Sequence record: DRR723986_9065
Length of the DNA: 59,043 nt
Reading direction: 5' to 3' (one strand)
The translations under genes and the position numbers were made by a program. The notes beneath the pieces were generated by a model. That model did not search any database. It saw only the letters and a list, made by a program, of their open reading frames with translations, and was not told the DNA's origin. Below, in pieces: positions 47,133-56,861 of this stretch; position 1 is the stretch's first letter, and each line of letters starts with the position of its first letter.

Positions 47133-48472
47133 AAAAGTTAGTCTTTATTGTCATAACGTTATTGGTATCTTTTGTGGGGCGATCACAATCAGATTTAGGT
47201 TTGATGCAAGCCATAGAAAAAGCTTTGACCAATAATTATGATATTCAGTTAATAGAAGGGAACTACCAGATTTCTAAAACGCAGAATTCATGGGGAATGG
47301 CAGGTTTGATTCCTACTTTCTCTCTAAACATTGGTAATCAGACTTCATTGCAGGATAATACCAATAATCCGGCAACCTTTTTTCCCGGTGTTTTATTAAG
47401 TGATAATCTCCAAGCTACGCTAGATATGTCTTGGACGATATTTAGTGGGTTTGGAATTCGAATTAATAAAGAGCGATTTGACATCATGCAATCTCAAACT
47501 AAAGGGAATGCCGTTGTTGTTATTGAATCGACCATTTACAATGTCATCTTAGCTTATTATACAGCTGTAGTTCAGCAGAGAAAGCTTGAAGTTATGGCAG
47601 ATCTATTGGCTTATTCTAAGAAAAAACTGACTTATCACGAATTAAAAAGTGATATGGGGATTTCAACGAGTTTGGATTTGCTTGAGTTCAAGAATCAGGT
47701 GTTAACTGATTCTACTAATTATTTGCTGCAAAATCTTTCAGTTAAAAATGCTAAACGAAATCTAAACCTGTTGATGTCAGAAGATGTTGAAATTGACTAT
47801 ACATTAACGGATTCTTTGAAAATAGCTACTCCTCAAATTACCTATGATGAGTTAAAAGAAAACATGTTAAGTAATAATACCAATTTGATTAATCAATTCA
47901 TGAATTATGAGTTGAAGGAGCTAGAGATTTCTGCTAAAAAGAGCGCCTATTATCCAATTGTGACTTTGAATTTAGGTACAACACCTTCTGTAGGCTATTT
48001 TGAGGTTTTTGGAGATAATGGATTTTCATCTAATACAAATGCTTGGTCACATAATGCGAATATCAATATTAGATATGATATTTTTCAAGGTTGGAATCGG
48101 AAACGAAATACTCAAATCGCGGAAATTCAAAGAGATTTGGCCGGATTAGAGATCAAACAGCTTACCCTTCAACTATCTCATCAGTTAAGAGCAAATTTTG
48201 AATTATACCAGACCAGGAATAAAGTTCAATCCATGTCTTCACAACGGGTGGATCATGCAGAATTATTATGGGCTTTAGGAAAAGAGAAGTACGATTTGGG
48301 TGTTATTAATGTCTTTAATTTAAACGATATTAAATTAAGCTATCAGCAAGCTGTTTTGTCTTATTATGATCGCATGTTTGAAATGATCCAAACGCACTAT
48401 GACTTAATGCGCTTAACAGGTCAGATATCCCAGGAATATAAGATTTCAGATAATTTTGATAAACAAGATTAG
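47129..48472 (+). CDS. TolC family outer-membrane efflux protein
   Basis: Signal GRS|Q; AIEKAL.NN..I, W.IFSGF, YYP...L, YDIFQG, Y.LG; ATGA overlap with the permease. Confidence 0.92.
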   Translation: MKKLVFIVITLLVSFVGRSQSDLGLMQAIEKALTNNYDIQLIEGNYQISKTQNSWGMAGLIPTFSLNIGNQTSLQDNTNNPATFFPGVLLSDNLQATLDMSWTIFSGFGIRINKERFDIMQSQTKGNAVVVIESTIYNVILAYYTAVVQQRKLEVMADLLAYSKKKLTYHELKSDMGISTSLDLLEFKNQVLTDSTNYLLQNLSVKNAKRNLNLLMSEDVEIDYTLTDSLKIATPQITYDELKENMLSNNTNLINQFMNYELKELEISAKKSAYYPIVTLNLGTTPSVGYFEVFGDNGFSSNTNAWSHNANINIRYDIFQGWNRKRNTQIAEIQRDLAGLEIKQLTLQLSHQLRANFELYQTRNKVQSMSSQRVDHAELLWALGKEKYDLGVINVFNLNDIKLSYQQAVLSYYDRMFEMIQTHYDLMRLTGQISQEYKISDNFDKQD

Positions 48473-49281
48473 TTCTTGAAATAGTTGGAGTAAGAGTTGA
48501 GGCTTGATTTAATCGCAATTGTGTTTGCCCCATCTTTTTTAGCAATATAGTCGTTATTAGCTAAGTGTTTAATGCATACTTGATAATCTTCTTCACTCAA
48601 ATGACTGTGTTCAAAGATAATGAGGCCCGGAGCATGTTTTTCAATCTGGAATAATTTGATCACCTCAAAATCGAAGCCTTCAGTATCAATCATTAATAAA
48701 TCTACCTTAGATAGACCGTATTTCTCAATAATTGTTGAAGATGAAATGACCTGTACTTTTTCTTCAGCAATATGCAAGCTTTTGTCAGAGGGAATCGATA
48801 CGCCTTCTTTTTCGCATTTACGTTGAACATGACCAGAAGTAAAGGCTTTTTCTAGCGTTGGACGATCAAATGTTGTTAAACCAGTAGCCCAACGAGAATC
48901 GGAGAAACCGATTTTATAGATGTTTGCTTCGCCATCAGTTTCACCCATGGCGGCATTTAGAATATGGATATTTTTGTGTTTTTTGTATATGCGTTTTAGA
49001 AACTTATCATAAACAAACTTTTGCGGTTCTAAGAGTACCCCTGTCCAATTATCTCTTTTAATAAATTTATGAATAGGGTCATGCGTGATGCCATCATTTG
49101 CTCCCACTTGCACAACAGTGAAATCTGAACCAATGCTTTTAGAGTAATTACTCAAAAATTCGTTCAAACTATTTTTTTCTGGTTTATAAAAGTTTTTGTA
49201 ATAGCCTATAAACAAAAAGTTATTTGAAGCGCTCAGACTAAATCTGATATTGAAGAAAAGGGATTTAAGGGCTTTTTTCAT
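48469..49281 (-). CDS. FkbM family methyltransferase
   Basis: VQVGANDG..DP, GVLLEP, DLLMIDTEGFDFEVI, IIFEH; TAATTTTG -7 box at 49290-49297. Confidence 0.92.
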   Translation of the reverse strand: MKKALKSLFFNIRFSLSASNNFLFIGYYKNFYKPEKNSLNEFLSNYSKSIGSDFTVVQVGANDGITHDPIHKFIKRDNWTGVLLEPQKFVYDKFLKRIYKKHKNIHILNAAMGETDGEANIYKIGFSDSRWATGLTTFDRPTLEKAFTSGHVQRKCEKEGVSIPSDKSLHIAEEKVQVISSSTIIEKYGLSKVDLLMIDTEGFDFEVIKLFQIEKHAPGLIIFEHSHLSEEDYQVCIKHLANNDYIAKKDGANTIAIKSSLNSYSNYFKN

Positions 49282-49325
49282 AGCTGAGGCAAAATTAAGT
49301 ATATTTCAGTCATTAAAGGAATAAA

Positions 49326-49526
49326 ATGTCAGCAGGTCAGTATAGAAAAAATATAGCCATTGGATTTGAAGTTGAGGTAGTACAAAAGCATCATCAAAAA
49401 TCGGGAGAATTAACCTGGGGAATTGTGAAGCGGATATTGACCAAATCTCCCCAGCATCCCCATGGAATTAAAGTGATGTTAGAGGATAAAGTAGTTGGCA
49501 GGGTAAAAAATATTATTACTGAATGA
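49326..49526 (+). CDS. YwbE family protein (DUF2196)
   Basis: R..I..G.EV.VV.K..Q..G.LT.G.V..ILTKS..HPHGIKV.L....VGRV. Confidence 0.92.
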   Translation: MSAGQYRKNIAIGFEVEVVQKHHQKSGELTWGIVKRILTKSPQHPHGIKVMLEDKVVGRVKNIITE

Positions 49527-49575
49527 ACCATGTATCCTTTTGTACACTATTCATGTTGGTATAAAAATTAACGCA

Positions 49576-49935
49576 ATGGACAAAATCAATCTGAAGTCTA
49601 AACTGAATTCATTTTCAGATCATTGGAACCCTAGAATTGTGGCAGAATTGAATGGTCAATATGTCAAAGTAGCTAAAATTAAGGGTGAATTTGTTTGGCA
49701 TTCGCACAGCAATGAGGATGAGATGTTTATGGCTCTGCAAGGGGAGTTTGTAATGGAGTTTAGAGATCGTACCATTACACTTTCAGAAGGAGAGTGTATT
49801 GTTGTTCCGAAGGGTGTAGAACATAGGCCGGTGGCAGAAGAGGAATGTGAAATTATGTTGTTTGAACCAAAATCAACGGTTAATACTGGAACTGTTGATT
49901 CGGAATTCACTAAAACGGATTTAGAAAATATTTGA
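49576..49935 (+). CDS. Cupin domain protein
   Basis: W.PRIVAELNGQ.VK..K..GEFVWH.H..EDE.F, VVPKGVEHRP, EP..T.NTG; start ATG 49576. Confidence 0.92.
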   Translation: MDKINLKSKLNSFSDHWNPRIVAELNGQYVKVAKIKGEFVWHSHSNEDEMFMALQGEFVMEFRDRTITLSEGECIVVPKGVEHRPVAEEECEIMLFEPKSTVNTGTVDSEFTKTDLENI

Positions 49936-49952
49936 TCGACTACCTATAGACT

Positions 49953-49988
49953 AAAAAGCCGTCTTGGAAATTCCAAGACGGCTTTTTT
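49953..49988. terminator. Bidirectional Rho-independent terminator
   Basis: AAAAAGCCGTCTTGGAA-a-TTCCAAGACGGCTTTTT between convergent genes. Confidence 0.92.
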
Positions 49989-50004
49989 AATTAGACTATT
50001 TCAA

Positions 50005-52893
50005 TTATTTCAATACGGTCACATGACCTCTGAATTCGTATTTTTTATCAGTTGATTTCTCTTTACATTCTACCAACCAAACATAAGTTCCATCTTCTAC
50101 AAGTCCTGATGAACCATAGTTTCCGTTCCACTCAGCAATTTGATTGTAAGTTTCCCATACTGGTTCACCCCAACGGTTGTACATGGTAAGGTGGAAATCA
50201 TAGATGTCAATACCATCAATATAGATTCTCCAAGTTTGGTTTAATTCATCTCCATCAGGTGTGAAGATATTTGGAGCATAAATAATAACGTCACTAACAA
50301 TGTGTACTACTGAAGTTACATCTGCTGTACATCCCCATTCATTTGTTACTTGTAGGTTTACTGGATAGTCACCAACTACACCTTCAGGATAATAAACACT
50401 TGGGTTAGGGATAGTCGATTGATTCGGTGATCCTCCAGGGAAGTTCCAGGCATATGTATTACTATCACCAGGCGTCACATTGTTCATTGAGATTCCTGTA
50501 TCAAAAATTGTTGATGGATTAGGATTCGCGTAGAACAACGGCGAAGGAACATCATGAATTTCAATGTATTCTGTAGCTGTGAATGCTTGATGACATCCAT
50601 ACTCCGAATATACTTCAATGTATACATCATATAATCCAACTTCATCAAAGGTGATGTCCAAAGGACTCGTGTTGTAGTATTCAACTCCATTGATTCTCCA
50701 TGTTGTAGAATCCGTGTCTTGAGGATCAGTTGTATTTGTAAAAGTAATTGTAGATGGATTACATCCCCAAGTCGTATTAGAACTAAACATAGGACTTGGA
50801 ACTCTTCTCATAATTACATTTGTGCACTTAGTGATAGGAGTGGTTTCACAGGCATCACCAACTGTTACACAATATTCTGTATCAGCGGTTGGATTTATAT
50901 CTATTTGAGCCGTAACATCAGCCATAGGTGCTCCGTTCGCAGTCCATGAATAAGTATAGCCATTTAACCCTCCTGTTTCATTTGAAACTAAATGCGAGGC
51001 ATCATAACCAGGGCAAATTGAATCATTCAACGTTAAATCAAAATCTATCACCGCATGATGATCAATATTCAAAGTCACTGTATTAGTAACGCACCCTAAA
51101 TCTGAAGTTGCGAATACATCAACAGACATGTTTGTTCCAGCCGGAGTAGGAGTGATTACGTTTGTGCCAGTTGTTGAAGTACCTGCTGTCCAAGAGTATG
51201 TGTAAGACGCTCCAGGACCAGCAGCAGAAACAACTTGTGTTGCCGTACCATTCTGACAGATAGTCGTATCAGATGAAACTAAGCTCAATACGTCTGGTAA
51301 AGGATCAACTAGGTCGTAAGGTACAGGTGTTGTGTATTCACATCCTACTGGATCTCTTGAAATCACAGTGTAAGATCCTGCGGGTAATCCTGTAAATACA
51401 TTAGAAGTTTGCCATGTAACACCACCATCAATTGAATATTCGTTTGCGCCTAAGTTTCCAGAGGCTGGAGATGTATCTGAAGTAACGGTAATTGTGCCAT
51501 CAGAGAATCCTTGACAGGTCGGATCGGTGCCAGTCAAAGTGTGAGATTCTATCGAGAAATAAATTTCAACAGTATCTCTACCATCCGGACATACACCCAT
51601 TGTATCTTCTTCAACCAAAACAAATTCATAAACACCTGCTTGATTAATGTTTGCTGTGGGCGTTAAAGTAGTGTTACTAGGGTTAAATAAGGCATTTCCG
51701 AAACCTCCGGAAAAAGTAGTGATATTACCAAGTTCCCAGTAATAAACTGTGTTATATAGTTGTTGGGAAATTGTACCTACTAAATTGTAACCTACTCCCA
51801 TTGTGTAACAGATTGAATCATTTAGTCCAGCATCAGGCTTAATTGAGTCTACTGCGATTACAGGCCAATCAAGTGTTTGAATTGCTCCGCCAACATCTGC
51901 GGTTACAGTGTACCAATTTGTATCAATATTAATAGTTAAAACAGGATCGAAACCGATATTTGGACCACCTGGTACCGGTTGAACGAATGGTCCACCTGCT
52001 ACTGTGAAATTTGATGCACCTGCAGGGAAATGAATAGAAAAATCTTCATAACCAATATCGCCAATACAAACAGTCGTTGCAGCACAATCTGGAATTGTAA
52101 TTGAGGCCAAACCGTCTCCAGTATTTCCACCCTGGATACATCCAGCACCAGCTGGAATCAAGCTTGATCCACCGCCGCCACCGCCGCCTGCATTAGCGCC
52201 TGTACAGCATCCATCATTTCCGCCTCCGCCACCAGCAAAATAGCCGCCTCCGCCGCCTCCGCCTGATGCGCTATTCCAAAGTCCACCCATACCTCCAGTA
52301 GATCCTACGCCAGCACTTCCTCCAGGAGGTACACCAGCCCATGGTGCTCCACCAGCGCCTGGCCCAGCTTGAGTTCCTCCGCCACCACCGGTCGCGAAAA
52401 ATGAGTCTCCCTGTGCTCCTTGTGCACAACCTCCGTCACCACCATCTGCAGTGTAGAACGCACTAGTTCCACCACCACCGGATCCACCACCAGCCCCTGC
52501 TATAGCGACAGGTACACCGTTAACCATAATTGTAGTAGCACCACCACCACCGCATGAGTTATAATTAGCATTACCGTCCTGAGAGGCATGTCCTGATCCA
52601 CCTCCATTGGTTCCACCACCAGGACAAGCTCCTTGGGTTCCAACAATTATTGTTATCACATCACCACCTGATACGTTGATTAAACCAGAAAGCGAAGCGC
52701 CATTTCCTCCAGAGTAATAGAATCCACTTCCTCCAGATCCACCTGCTGCATTAAATTGAATATCTCCAGAAAAGCACGCAGGCACAGTGTAGGTAGATGT
52801 GCCAGGACCATAATTTAGAGTCGTAGAACCTTGACCAAAAGAAATTGCAGTTCCAATGATTAATCCGAGTGAAATAAATATAATCTTTTTCAT
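50005..52893 (-). CDS. T9SS type-B CTD surface protein with N-terminal glycine-rich (ALK/LTK-like) domain, SprB-like and PKD repeats
   Basis: Signal SFG|Q; AAGGSGG..GGNGA, CGGGGAT, IAGAGGG, GGGGGGYFAGGGG, GGGGGSS; C-terminus APNIFTPDGD.LN...YNRWGE...WNG...DGTYVW...GHVTVLK. Confidence 0.9.
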   Translation of the reverse strand: MKKIIFISLGLIIGTAISFGQGSTTLNYGPGTSTYTVPACFSGDIQFNAAGGSGGSGFYYSGGNGASLSGLINVSGGDVITIIVGTQGACPGGGTNGGGSGHASQDGNANYNSCGGGGATTIMVNGVPVAIAGAGGGSGGGGTSAFYTADGGDGGCAQGAQGDSFFATGGGGGTQAGPGAGGAPWAGVPPGGSAGVGSTGGMGGLWNSASGGGGGGGYFAGGGGGNDGCCTGANAGGGGGGGSSLIPAGAGCIQGGNTGDGLASITIPDCAATTVCIGDIGYEDFSIHFPAGASNFTVAGGPFVQPVPGGPNIGFDPVLTINIDTNWYTVTADVGGAIQTLDWPVIAVDSIKPDAGLNDSICYTMGVGYNLVGTISQQLYNTVYYWELGNITTFSGGFGNALFNPSNTTLTPTANINQAGVYEFVLVEEDTMGVCPDGRDTVEIYFSIESHTLTGTDPTCQGFSDGTITVTSDTSPASGNLGANEYSIDGGVTWQTSNVFTGLPAGSYTVISRDPVGCEYTTPVPYDLVDPLPDVLSLVSSDTTICQNGTATQVVSAAGPGASYTYSWTAGTSTTGTNVITPTPAGTNMSVDVFATSDLGCVTNTVTLNIDHHAVIDFDLTLNDSICPGYDASHLVSNETGGLNGYTYSWTANGAPMADVTAQIDINPTADTEYCVTVGDACETTPITKCTNVIMRRVPSPMFSSNTTWGCNPSTITFTNTTDPQDTDSTTWRINGVEYYNTSPLDITFDEVGLYDVYIEVYSEYGCHQAFTATEYIEIHDVPSPLFYANPNPSTIFDTGISMNNVTPGDSNTYAWNFPGGSPNQSTIPNPSVYYPEGVVGDYPVNLQVTNEWGCTADVTSVVHIVSDVIIYAPNIFTPDGDELNQTWRIYIDGIDIYDFHLTMYNRWGEPVWETYNQIAEWNGNYGSSGLVEDGTYVWLVECKEKSTDKKYEFRGHVTVLK

Positions 52894-53012
52894 TTCGATC
52901 TTACTTTTTAATTAAATCACCTTAAAAAAAAGCTGATCTGCTCTTTTTTTAGGTGTTTTCGTTCGTTTAGTTATACTTTCAAACATCCTATTATCTAGGC
53001 TTTGTAAGTATT

Positions 53013-53040
53013 AAACGGTCAGATATTTAATAGGTTGCTT
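53013..53040 (-). promoter_or_regulatory. ECF-sigma-like promoter AAGCAACC-N15-CGTTT upstream of the Gly-rich T9SS gene
   Basis: Minus strand aagcaacc-tattaaatatctgac-cgttt; the same layout occurs at 21283-21310. Confidence 0.55.
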
Positions 53041-53077
53041 TTAATTCATTTAAATATTTGCTAGCGTAACACTATCA

Positions 53078-53440
53078 TTACTTACTGTTATTTTCCTCAC
53101 AATTTTTAAGGGTATGAGGTGAGATCATATCTGATGATCCTTGTTGACCTTTATTAAAGCATGTAATTTCTAATCCTAGTTTTGAAAACCATCCTTCAAA
53201 ATCCTCAAAAATGTAAGCCACATCAGCTTCTAAGGTGCAAAAGAACGTTGAAGTAACGTGGTCTGTATGTGTGCTGATTATCCCTTTTTTACCAAGGATT
53301 TTTTTATCAATTTGCTTGGCTTGTTCGGCTGTATTTACAGTGTTAACCTTGAATTGAACAAAATATATGGGTCGGTCTTGAGCAAACGTAGAATCTAAAA
53401 TTCCAAAGAAGAAAAACACAGAAACTATAAGGAACTTCAT
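53078..53440 (-). CDS. Hypothetical exported protein, possible HMA/ferredoxin-like fold
   Basis: Signal TFA|Q; V.FKV......AK.I...I..K.GI.....D..T pattern, without CxxC. Confidence 0.65.
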   Translation of the reverse strand: MKFLIVSVFFFFGILDSTFAQDRPIYFVQFKVNTVNTAEQAKQIDKKILGKKGIISTHTDHVTSTFFCTLEADVAYIFEDFEGWFSKLGLEITCFNKGQQGSSDMISPHTLKNCEENNSK

Positions 53441-53542
53441 TTGTGATGGTATTATTAGGTCTGATTAAAATTAAACAGTTTTTGTTTAAAATTCATCATA
53501 ATGATTTGAAAATTAATGCAAAAACTTAAGAATATTGAATTG

Positions 53543-54529
53543 CTATTTGGCTTTTTTTGCCCCAAATTTCTCAAGGACAACTATTAAGGCAAGCCCTAGA
53601 AAGGCTAGAAGTATTGCATAAGCTAGAAAGTTAGCCTCACCGGTAAGTTTTGTATAATTAAAAGGTGAAATGTTTTCTTGGATTTTTGGAACTAACTCTC
53701 CGTGTCTATCCGTTCTCCATTCCAATGTGTTTTTCCAAGGCCAAATTTTATTTAATGATCCGATTAAAAAACCAGTTAATAAGGCAATTGTTACATTTTT
53801 AAAATTTTTAAAAGCATAGTTTAGTACTTTCGAAAAGGCGATTAAGCCAAACAGACATCCCGCCATAAAAAGTCCAATTATAGTGAAGTGCCCGACAAAT
53901 ACGTCCCATGCTTTATCTTTTAGTGCGTCCATTAAGCCTGTTAAACTTCCTAAAATTGTAGTGTATGCTCCTAAAAGCAATAAAATAAAACTTCCTGATA
54001 TACCTGGTAAAATCATTGCACAAATTGCCAATGACCCGCAAATAAATATATAGAAGAGGTTAGCGCTCTCAGCTGATGGTGATATTAAAGTGATTCCGAA
54101 TGCTACAGTGGTTCCTATTATTAAGGATAATATGGTTTTTACATTCCATTTAGCCACGGTTTTACCTACTAGCCAAATTGAGGCGATTATCAGACCAAAA
54201 AAGAATGACCAAAGTAAAATGGGGTGATTCTCTAATAAATAGGTGAGTAGTTTTGCTAAGGAAAGAACACTGATAATTATCCCTAAAAAAATTGCTGCTA
54301 AAAAATTGCCGTTTAATTCAGTCCACATGGCTTTAAAGCCTTGAGATTTCCAAGTTTTTAGCAATCCAAATTTTAAATTTGAAATGGTTTCAAGAAACTC
54401 CTCGTAAATTCCTGTGATAAAGGCAATAGTTCCGCCAGATACACCAGGAACAACATCAGCTGCCCCCATTCCTAGACCTCTTAGAACTAAACCAAGAAAA
54501 CTTTTTTTAGTCTTCTTCTGGTTCGTCAT
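53543..54529 (-). CDS. DUF368 family membrane protein (undecaprenyl-phosphate translocase family)
   Basis: G.GMGAADVVPGVSGGTIAFITGIYE, AMILPGISGSFILLLLG, GFLIGSL.KIWPWK. Confidence 0.95.
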   Translation of the reverse strand: MTNQKKTKKSFLGLVLRGLGMGAADVVPGVSGGTIAFITGIYEEFLETISNLKFGLLKTWKSQGFKAMWTELNGNFLAAIFLGIIISVLSLAKLLTYLLENHPILLWSFFFGLIIASIWLVGKTVAKWNVKTILSLIIGTTVAFGITLISPSAESANLFYIFICGSLAICAMILPGISGSFILLLLGAYTTILGSLTGLMDALKDKAWDVFVGHFTIIGLFMAGCLFGLIAFSKVLNYAFKNFKNVTIALLTGFLIGSLNKIWPWKNTLEWRTDRHGELVPKIQENISPFNYTKLTGEANFLAYAILLAFLGLALIVVLEKFGAKKAK

Positions 54530-55325
54530 CTTGCGCTTGCTTTAAGGTTTTTTCAATTTTTTCAGGTAAAAACTCGAAGAAGGTATCTCCTCTTAAGCCT
54601 AGTCTAAGACATTCTAATGGAATTACTTCATTAGGTGCAATGTTTCCTAGATTAACATTTGCTCCGAATAATCGAATGAACCAAACCTGTTGCGTTTTTT
54701 TAGGAGCTTCCCAAAGAATACTGTTCGGGTCTATTTTGGCAATAATTTTATTAATCAAATAAGTATGAGCGGTTCCATTCGGTCTAAATACACCTACTGT
54801 TCCACTTTCACGGCCTTCGGCAATAACTTTCCACGACCCAGCCTCAAGTTCAGTGCTCATCATTTTTATCCATTTTGCAGGTGAAATAATGATTCCTGCA
54901 TCTTTTGAACCCACCTCAGACATTACCGTTCTGTCCTTAGATAGGGTGTTGATGTATTCTAATTTTTTGTCATGAGGGATAATAATGGATCCATCAGATA
55001 CTTCACATAGGTCCAAATTATATTTGTCCAATAATTTTCTGAAATCATTGAATTTATTCCTTGCGATAAACAATTCAAACAATGTACCACCGAAATAGGG
55101 TCTAATTCCAGCACTTTGGTAAAGTTTAATTTTTTCTTCTAAGTTTTTAACTACATATGCAGTTCCAAACCCGAACTTAGCGATATCAAAGTATTCTCCA
55201 CTTGAATCGATTAGGTTTTCAACTTCTCTAAGGCTTAAGCCTTTATCCATCATCATTGTTGTACCAGATTCTCTCGGTTTTTCTGGACGATTTGGGATAT
55301 AAGTGAGATTAAAGTTTTTATTCAT
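54507..55325 (-). CDS. comA: Phosphosulfolactate synthase (ComA family)
   Basis: KPR.SG.TM.MDKG, KFGFGT, GGTLFE, EVSDG, SEVGSK, EGRESG, WEAP.K.QQ, NLGNI, LE.LR.GLRGDT. Confidence 0.93.
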   Translation of the reverse strand: MNKNFNLTYIPNRPEKPRESGTTMMMDKGLSLREVENLIDSSGEYFDIAKFGFGTAYVVKNLEEKIKLYQSAGIRPYFGGTLFELFIARNKFNDFRKLLDKYNLDLCEVSDGSIIIPHDKKLEYINTLSKDRTVMSEVGSKDAGIIISPAKWIKMMSTELEAGSWKVIAEGRESGTVGVFRPNGTAHTYLINKIIAKIDPNSILWEAPKKTQQVWFIRLFGANVNLGNIAPNEVIPLECLRLGLRGDTFFEFLPEKIEKTLKQAQDDEPEED

Positions 55326-56742
55326 TGTTCAGGTCAAGTATTTGTATGAATTCTGGTATATGTTCTGCTTCTGGTAGGTACAAAAATAGTGTTTTTGCCG
55401 AATTAGAGTTGATTAGGAATTCTTTCTTAAAAATATGTAAACTTTCAGTTTTTTGTCCATCTTGCCATAGCAATACGCTGAAATAAATTCTTACTTCTGG
55501 GGAAAGTTCCTCCAAATTTTCACGTGCTGCGATAAAATCAATTGCTTCGGCCAGGCTGAATTGAGATTTTATTTTAGCCAGCATGATAATGGCATCTGCA
55601 TAATTAGGTTCAACTTGTAAAGCCATTTCCAGCTCAGTTTCTGCCTCTAGCAAGCGTTCTTGTTTATATAAGGCTTCGGCTAAAACGTGGCGATAATTGG
55701 GGTTTTCTGGTTGGATTTCAACTGCCCGTTGCAGGAAATTAGTGGCCTCTTTAGTAAAGCCTTGCAGTTCTTTTATAATTCCAATACCCAACCATGGTTC
55801 AGCTAAATCAGGATTTTTCTCTTTACTTAGATGATAGAATTCCAAAGCTTCATCATAACGCTCTAATCGTTCATATGCCTCGGCCAGGTAACTCAAAGTG
55901 AGTGCATCATCTTCATCTAATTCAATACACTTGGTATATGCTTCAAGTGCTTTTTGGTATTCATTCACTTGCATATAAGTGTTCCCCATATTGAAGTGCG
56001 CAGATGCAAATTCATCATTGATAATGATTGAATAATCGTATGCCCATATCGCTTTTTCAATGTTGTTTTTTAAGAAATAGATGTTTCCTAAATTATACCA
56101 GGCCGTAAAAGAGTAGGGGTTATTGTCAATATATCGGGTATAAAATTCTATACACTTATCAAAATTTCCTAGTCGCTCATAACAATATGCAATTTCATAG
56201 ATAGCCGACTCGTTTTCTGGTGATTTCTCAAGTATAACAGTTAATACTCTGATGGCATTAGTGTAGTCATGAATATTCTCATATTCTAGTGCTAAATCGA
56301 AACGGATGTCTTCTACTTCCCAAGCGTCATCTTGTTTTTCGGCAATGTCAAGTGCTTTTTCGAAATGTTTGATAGCATTTTCGTGATCTCTTAATTGAGA
56401 AAAAACACTCGCCTTGGTTACATATACTTCAATATTGAATGGCTCAGTTTTTTCTAAATTTTGAAGTAATAGCAAACTCTCTTTTAATTGACCTGTAGTC
56501 GAATAAATCTGAGCTTTTCTTAACTCGAAAACCGAATTTCCTGGATGCTGATCTTTAGCAAAGTTAATTGCTGATAGCGCCTTTTTCATCTGGTTTTTAA
56601 CGATAAAATGGTCGATAATTTGCTCTAAAATTTCAGAATCAAAGTAGTATGCTTCTTTTGCAGAAAGCATTTGTTCATAACGCTCTAACTCTGAATTGAA
56701 TTGAGAGTCAAAACCTTCGTCATCATCTTCTTCATCAAACAT
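55318..56742 (-). CDS. Tetratricopeptide repeat protein
   Basis: Multiple TPRs (AWYNLG, AHFNMGN, WLGIG); N-terminus RYEQML.....YFD.E; likely start ATG 56742. Confidence 0.9.
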   Translation of the reverse strand: MFDEEDDDEGFDSQFNSELERYEQMLSAKEAYYFDSEILEQIIDHFIVKNQMKKALSAINFAKDQHPGNSVFELRKAQIYSTTGQLKESLLLLQNLEKTEPFNIEVYVTKASVFSQLRDHENAIKHFEKALDIAEKQDDAWEVEDIRFDLALEYENIHDYTNAIRVLTVILEKSPENESAIYEIAYCYERLGNFDKCIEFYTRYIDNNPYSFTAWYNLGNIYFLKNNIEKAIWAYDYSIIINDEFASAHFNMGNTYMQVNEYQKALEAYTKCIELDEDDALTLSYLAEAYERLERYDEALEFYHLSKEKNPDLAEPWLGIGIIKELQGFTKEATNFLQRAVEIQPENPNYRHVLAEALYKQERLLEAETELEMALQVEPNYADAIIMLAKIKSQFSLAEAIDFIAARENLEELSPEVRIYFSVLLWQDGQKTESLHIFKKEFLINSNSAKTLFLYLPEAEHIPEFIQILDLNNE

Positions 56743-56861
56743 AAATACTCCTTTCTTTAAGACCAGAATTGTTCTGACCCTTAACAAAAATAAAAGGAAG
56801 CGGTAGTCGATAACATTGGTCTTGCTAATCTTATTAACAAGTTTATCAACACAAGCTTAAT

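Noticed and set aside
52090..52830. Local high-GC stretch suggesting horizontal transfer
   Set aside because: Explained by Gly/Ala codons; third positions remain mostly A/T and there are no mobility genes.
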